In this document: positions 33,089 to 34,249 of the stretch, one piece after another
How the letters are laid out: every line of letters starts with the position of its first letter
How positions within the stretch are numbered: the first letter of the stretch is position 1
Virus record (IMG/VR): IMGVR_UViG_3300032295_001046
Location: 1-34,249 of that record
DNA: 34,249 bases
From: a virus
Lineage: Duplodnaviria > Caudoviricetes
Strand: one strand, 5' to 3'
The notes under the pieces: model-generated
Told to the model about the DNA's origin: nothing
What the model saw: the letters and a program-made list of their open reading frames with translations, nothing else
The model's database searches: none
Translations under genes and position numbers: made by a program

Positions 33089-34249
33089 TAAAGTCTTTGT
33101 CTATATGTGTCGTTTGCTAATTCTACCTCTAACTCAATATTGAATAACTTGCTTTGAAGCGTGTTCTTTGTAGTGTAAGAAGTTGTCTTGATGTTAATAG
33201 GGATAAATTGGCCGTCTATTATCATGTAAACCAAAGGACTTTGAACCAATTCTTTAAGCCAGTTGCTTGTAGCTGTGTCTACATAACCTGAGCGAAGCAA
33301 ATATTTTTGAGTTGACTTGTTATAGAAGTTTGATTTAGCCCTTGAGTAAACATTATAACTGATTCCGCTTGATGTTCTTGTAGGCAGCAACTTATTGTAA
33401 GTCTCTGACATCGTCTCTATCATGTCATCAGGTGTTTGAGTGAAATTGAAAGCGTCAAAGCGTCCCAATGGGTTAAGCCAAAATAAACGATTATAAGTTC
33501 CAGTTCTTGTGCATTCTCTGTCAATCTTAAAAGTCTTAGCATAGCTTATCAAATCAGTCCCTGAGCCGAGCATCTCAACTTTATAAGTGCTAACACTTGA
33601 GCTGATTAAAGGCTGAGCAGAACCTGAGCTGACTGTCCATGAGTTTATATTAGCAGTACCTACTAACATTGACAAAAAATGTTCATCGTCATTAGCGTTA
33701 GTTTTAAATGGGTTGTTAAATACTGATTGTTTTAACTGCGTTCCGTTAGCATCGTAGGTTGTGATTCTCATTGAATAACATGAATCAGTCCCAAAAGTAA
33801 TGAACCCAAGTTCATAAGAATCTGATTCTCTTAAAACTATTGGACTCGGGGCATAAGTTAAGAATGTCCCTGAAGTGCCTATTATACTTTTGTAGGCTAA
33901 GTCGTCAATAGGACTATTAATCCACTTAGTGTAGTCCATAGCTGAATTAACAGCGTATCGAAAGTTTGAATTAGCGGAAGCTTGTAAACTTGGGATTGTC
34001 CCGTACTCTTCCCCTATGTTAACTACATAGCGTTTAAATACATTAACACCTTTTTTAAATCCTACTGAACCAGCTATTAAATTGCTTATGTCGTAGCTTA
34101 AATAATTCTCAACTGTTCTATGGGCATCAAAGTCGCAAGTTCCATCAGCGTAGTAAGGAGGCTTTCTAAACTCAGCGACTACCGTTCCGCTCGCATCTCT
34201 TATTTGGATTCTATATCTAAAGTTAGTTTGTGTCGTCTGATTTGACGAA
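33088..34249 (-). CDS. Tail/virion structural protein (3' part; true start at 191 across the junction)
   Basis: Frame is open from the window end to 33088; FWLNPLGRFDAFNF and WLKELVQSPLVY motifs. Confidence 0.8.
   Translation of the reverse strand, partial: SSNQTTQTNFRYRIQIRDASGTVVAEFRKPPYYADGTCDFDAHRTVENYLSYDISNLIAGSVGFKKGVNVFKRYVVNIGEEYGTIPSLQASANSNFRYAVNSAMDYTKWINSPIDDLAYKSIIGTSGTFLTYAPSPIVLRESDSYELGFITFGTDSCYSMRITTYDANGTQLKQSVFNNPFKTNANDDEHFLSMLVGTANINSWTVSSGSAQPLISSSVSTYKVEMLGSGTDLISYAKTFKIDRECTRTGTYNRLFWLNPLGRFDAFNFTQTPDDMIETMSETYNKLLPTRTSSGISYNVYSRAKSNFYNKSTQKYLLRSGYVDTATSNWLKELVQSPLVYMIIDGQFIPINIKTTSYTTKNTLQSKLFNIELEVELANDTYRQRL
34127..34249. repeat. Terminal direct repeat copy 2
   Basis: Identical to 1-123. 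Confidence 0.97.

Noticed and set aside
1-34249. Alternative genetic code, introns, inteins or tRNAs
   Set aside because: Standard-code ORFs tile the genome densely, terL and DnaB are of normal size, and no cloverleaf was seen in intergenic gaps.

Overview
This is a complete, circularly assembled genome of about 34.1 kb. Bases 1-123 are identical to 34127-34249, giving a unit length of 34,126 bp. It is an AT-rich, siphovirus-like tailed phage, almost certainly of a Bacteroidota host, judged from TTTG-N19-21-TAnnTTTG promoters and AT-rich start regions lacking Shine-Dalgarno motifs. All credible genes are on the minus strand. Modules are morphogenesis (tail proteins, tape measure, XkdF protease-scaffold, capsid, tail tube, portal, adaptor, fibre), lysis, a small HTH/lipoprotein operon, early genes, and lambdoid replication (initiator with internal iterons, DnaB). 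It also carries DNA-modification genes (Mom-like, N6/N4 methyltransferase, PAPS-reductase-like, Nmad1), a sigma-like factor, a glycosyltransferase/methyltransferase cluster and terminase. No integrase, partition system, tRNA or CRISPR was seen. The most interesting signals are in non-coding DNA. (1) A candidate ~65-nt small RNA, with its own promoter and terminator, is antisense to the start regions of four early genes. (2) A bipartite motif, GTA-N14-CAATATAWTA, precedes five late gene blocks and is probably read by the phage sigma-like protein. (3) A c4-like structured RNA leader lies ahead of the mom/rep genes. (4) A leaderless HTH gene shares a 15-bp element with the early promoter. (5) A -1 frameshift tail chaperone sits next to the terminase instead of the tape measure. 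Protein calls come from motif recognition by eye, not database searches.
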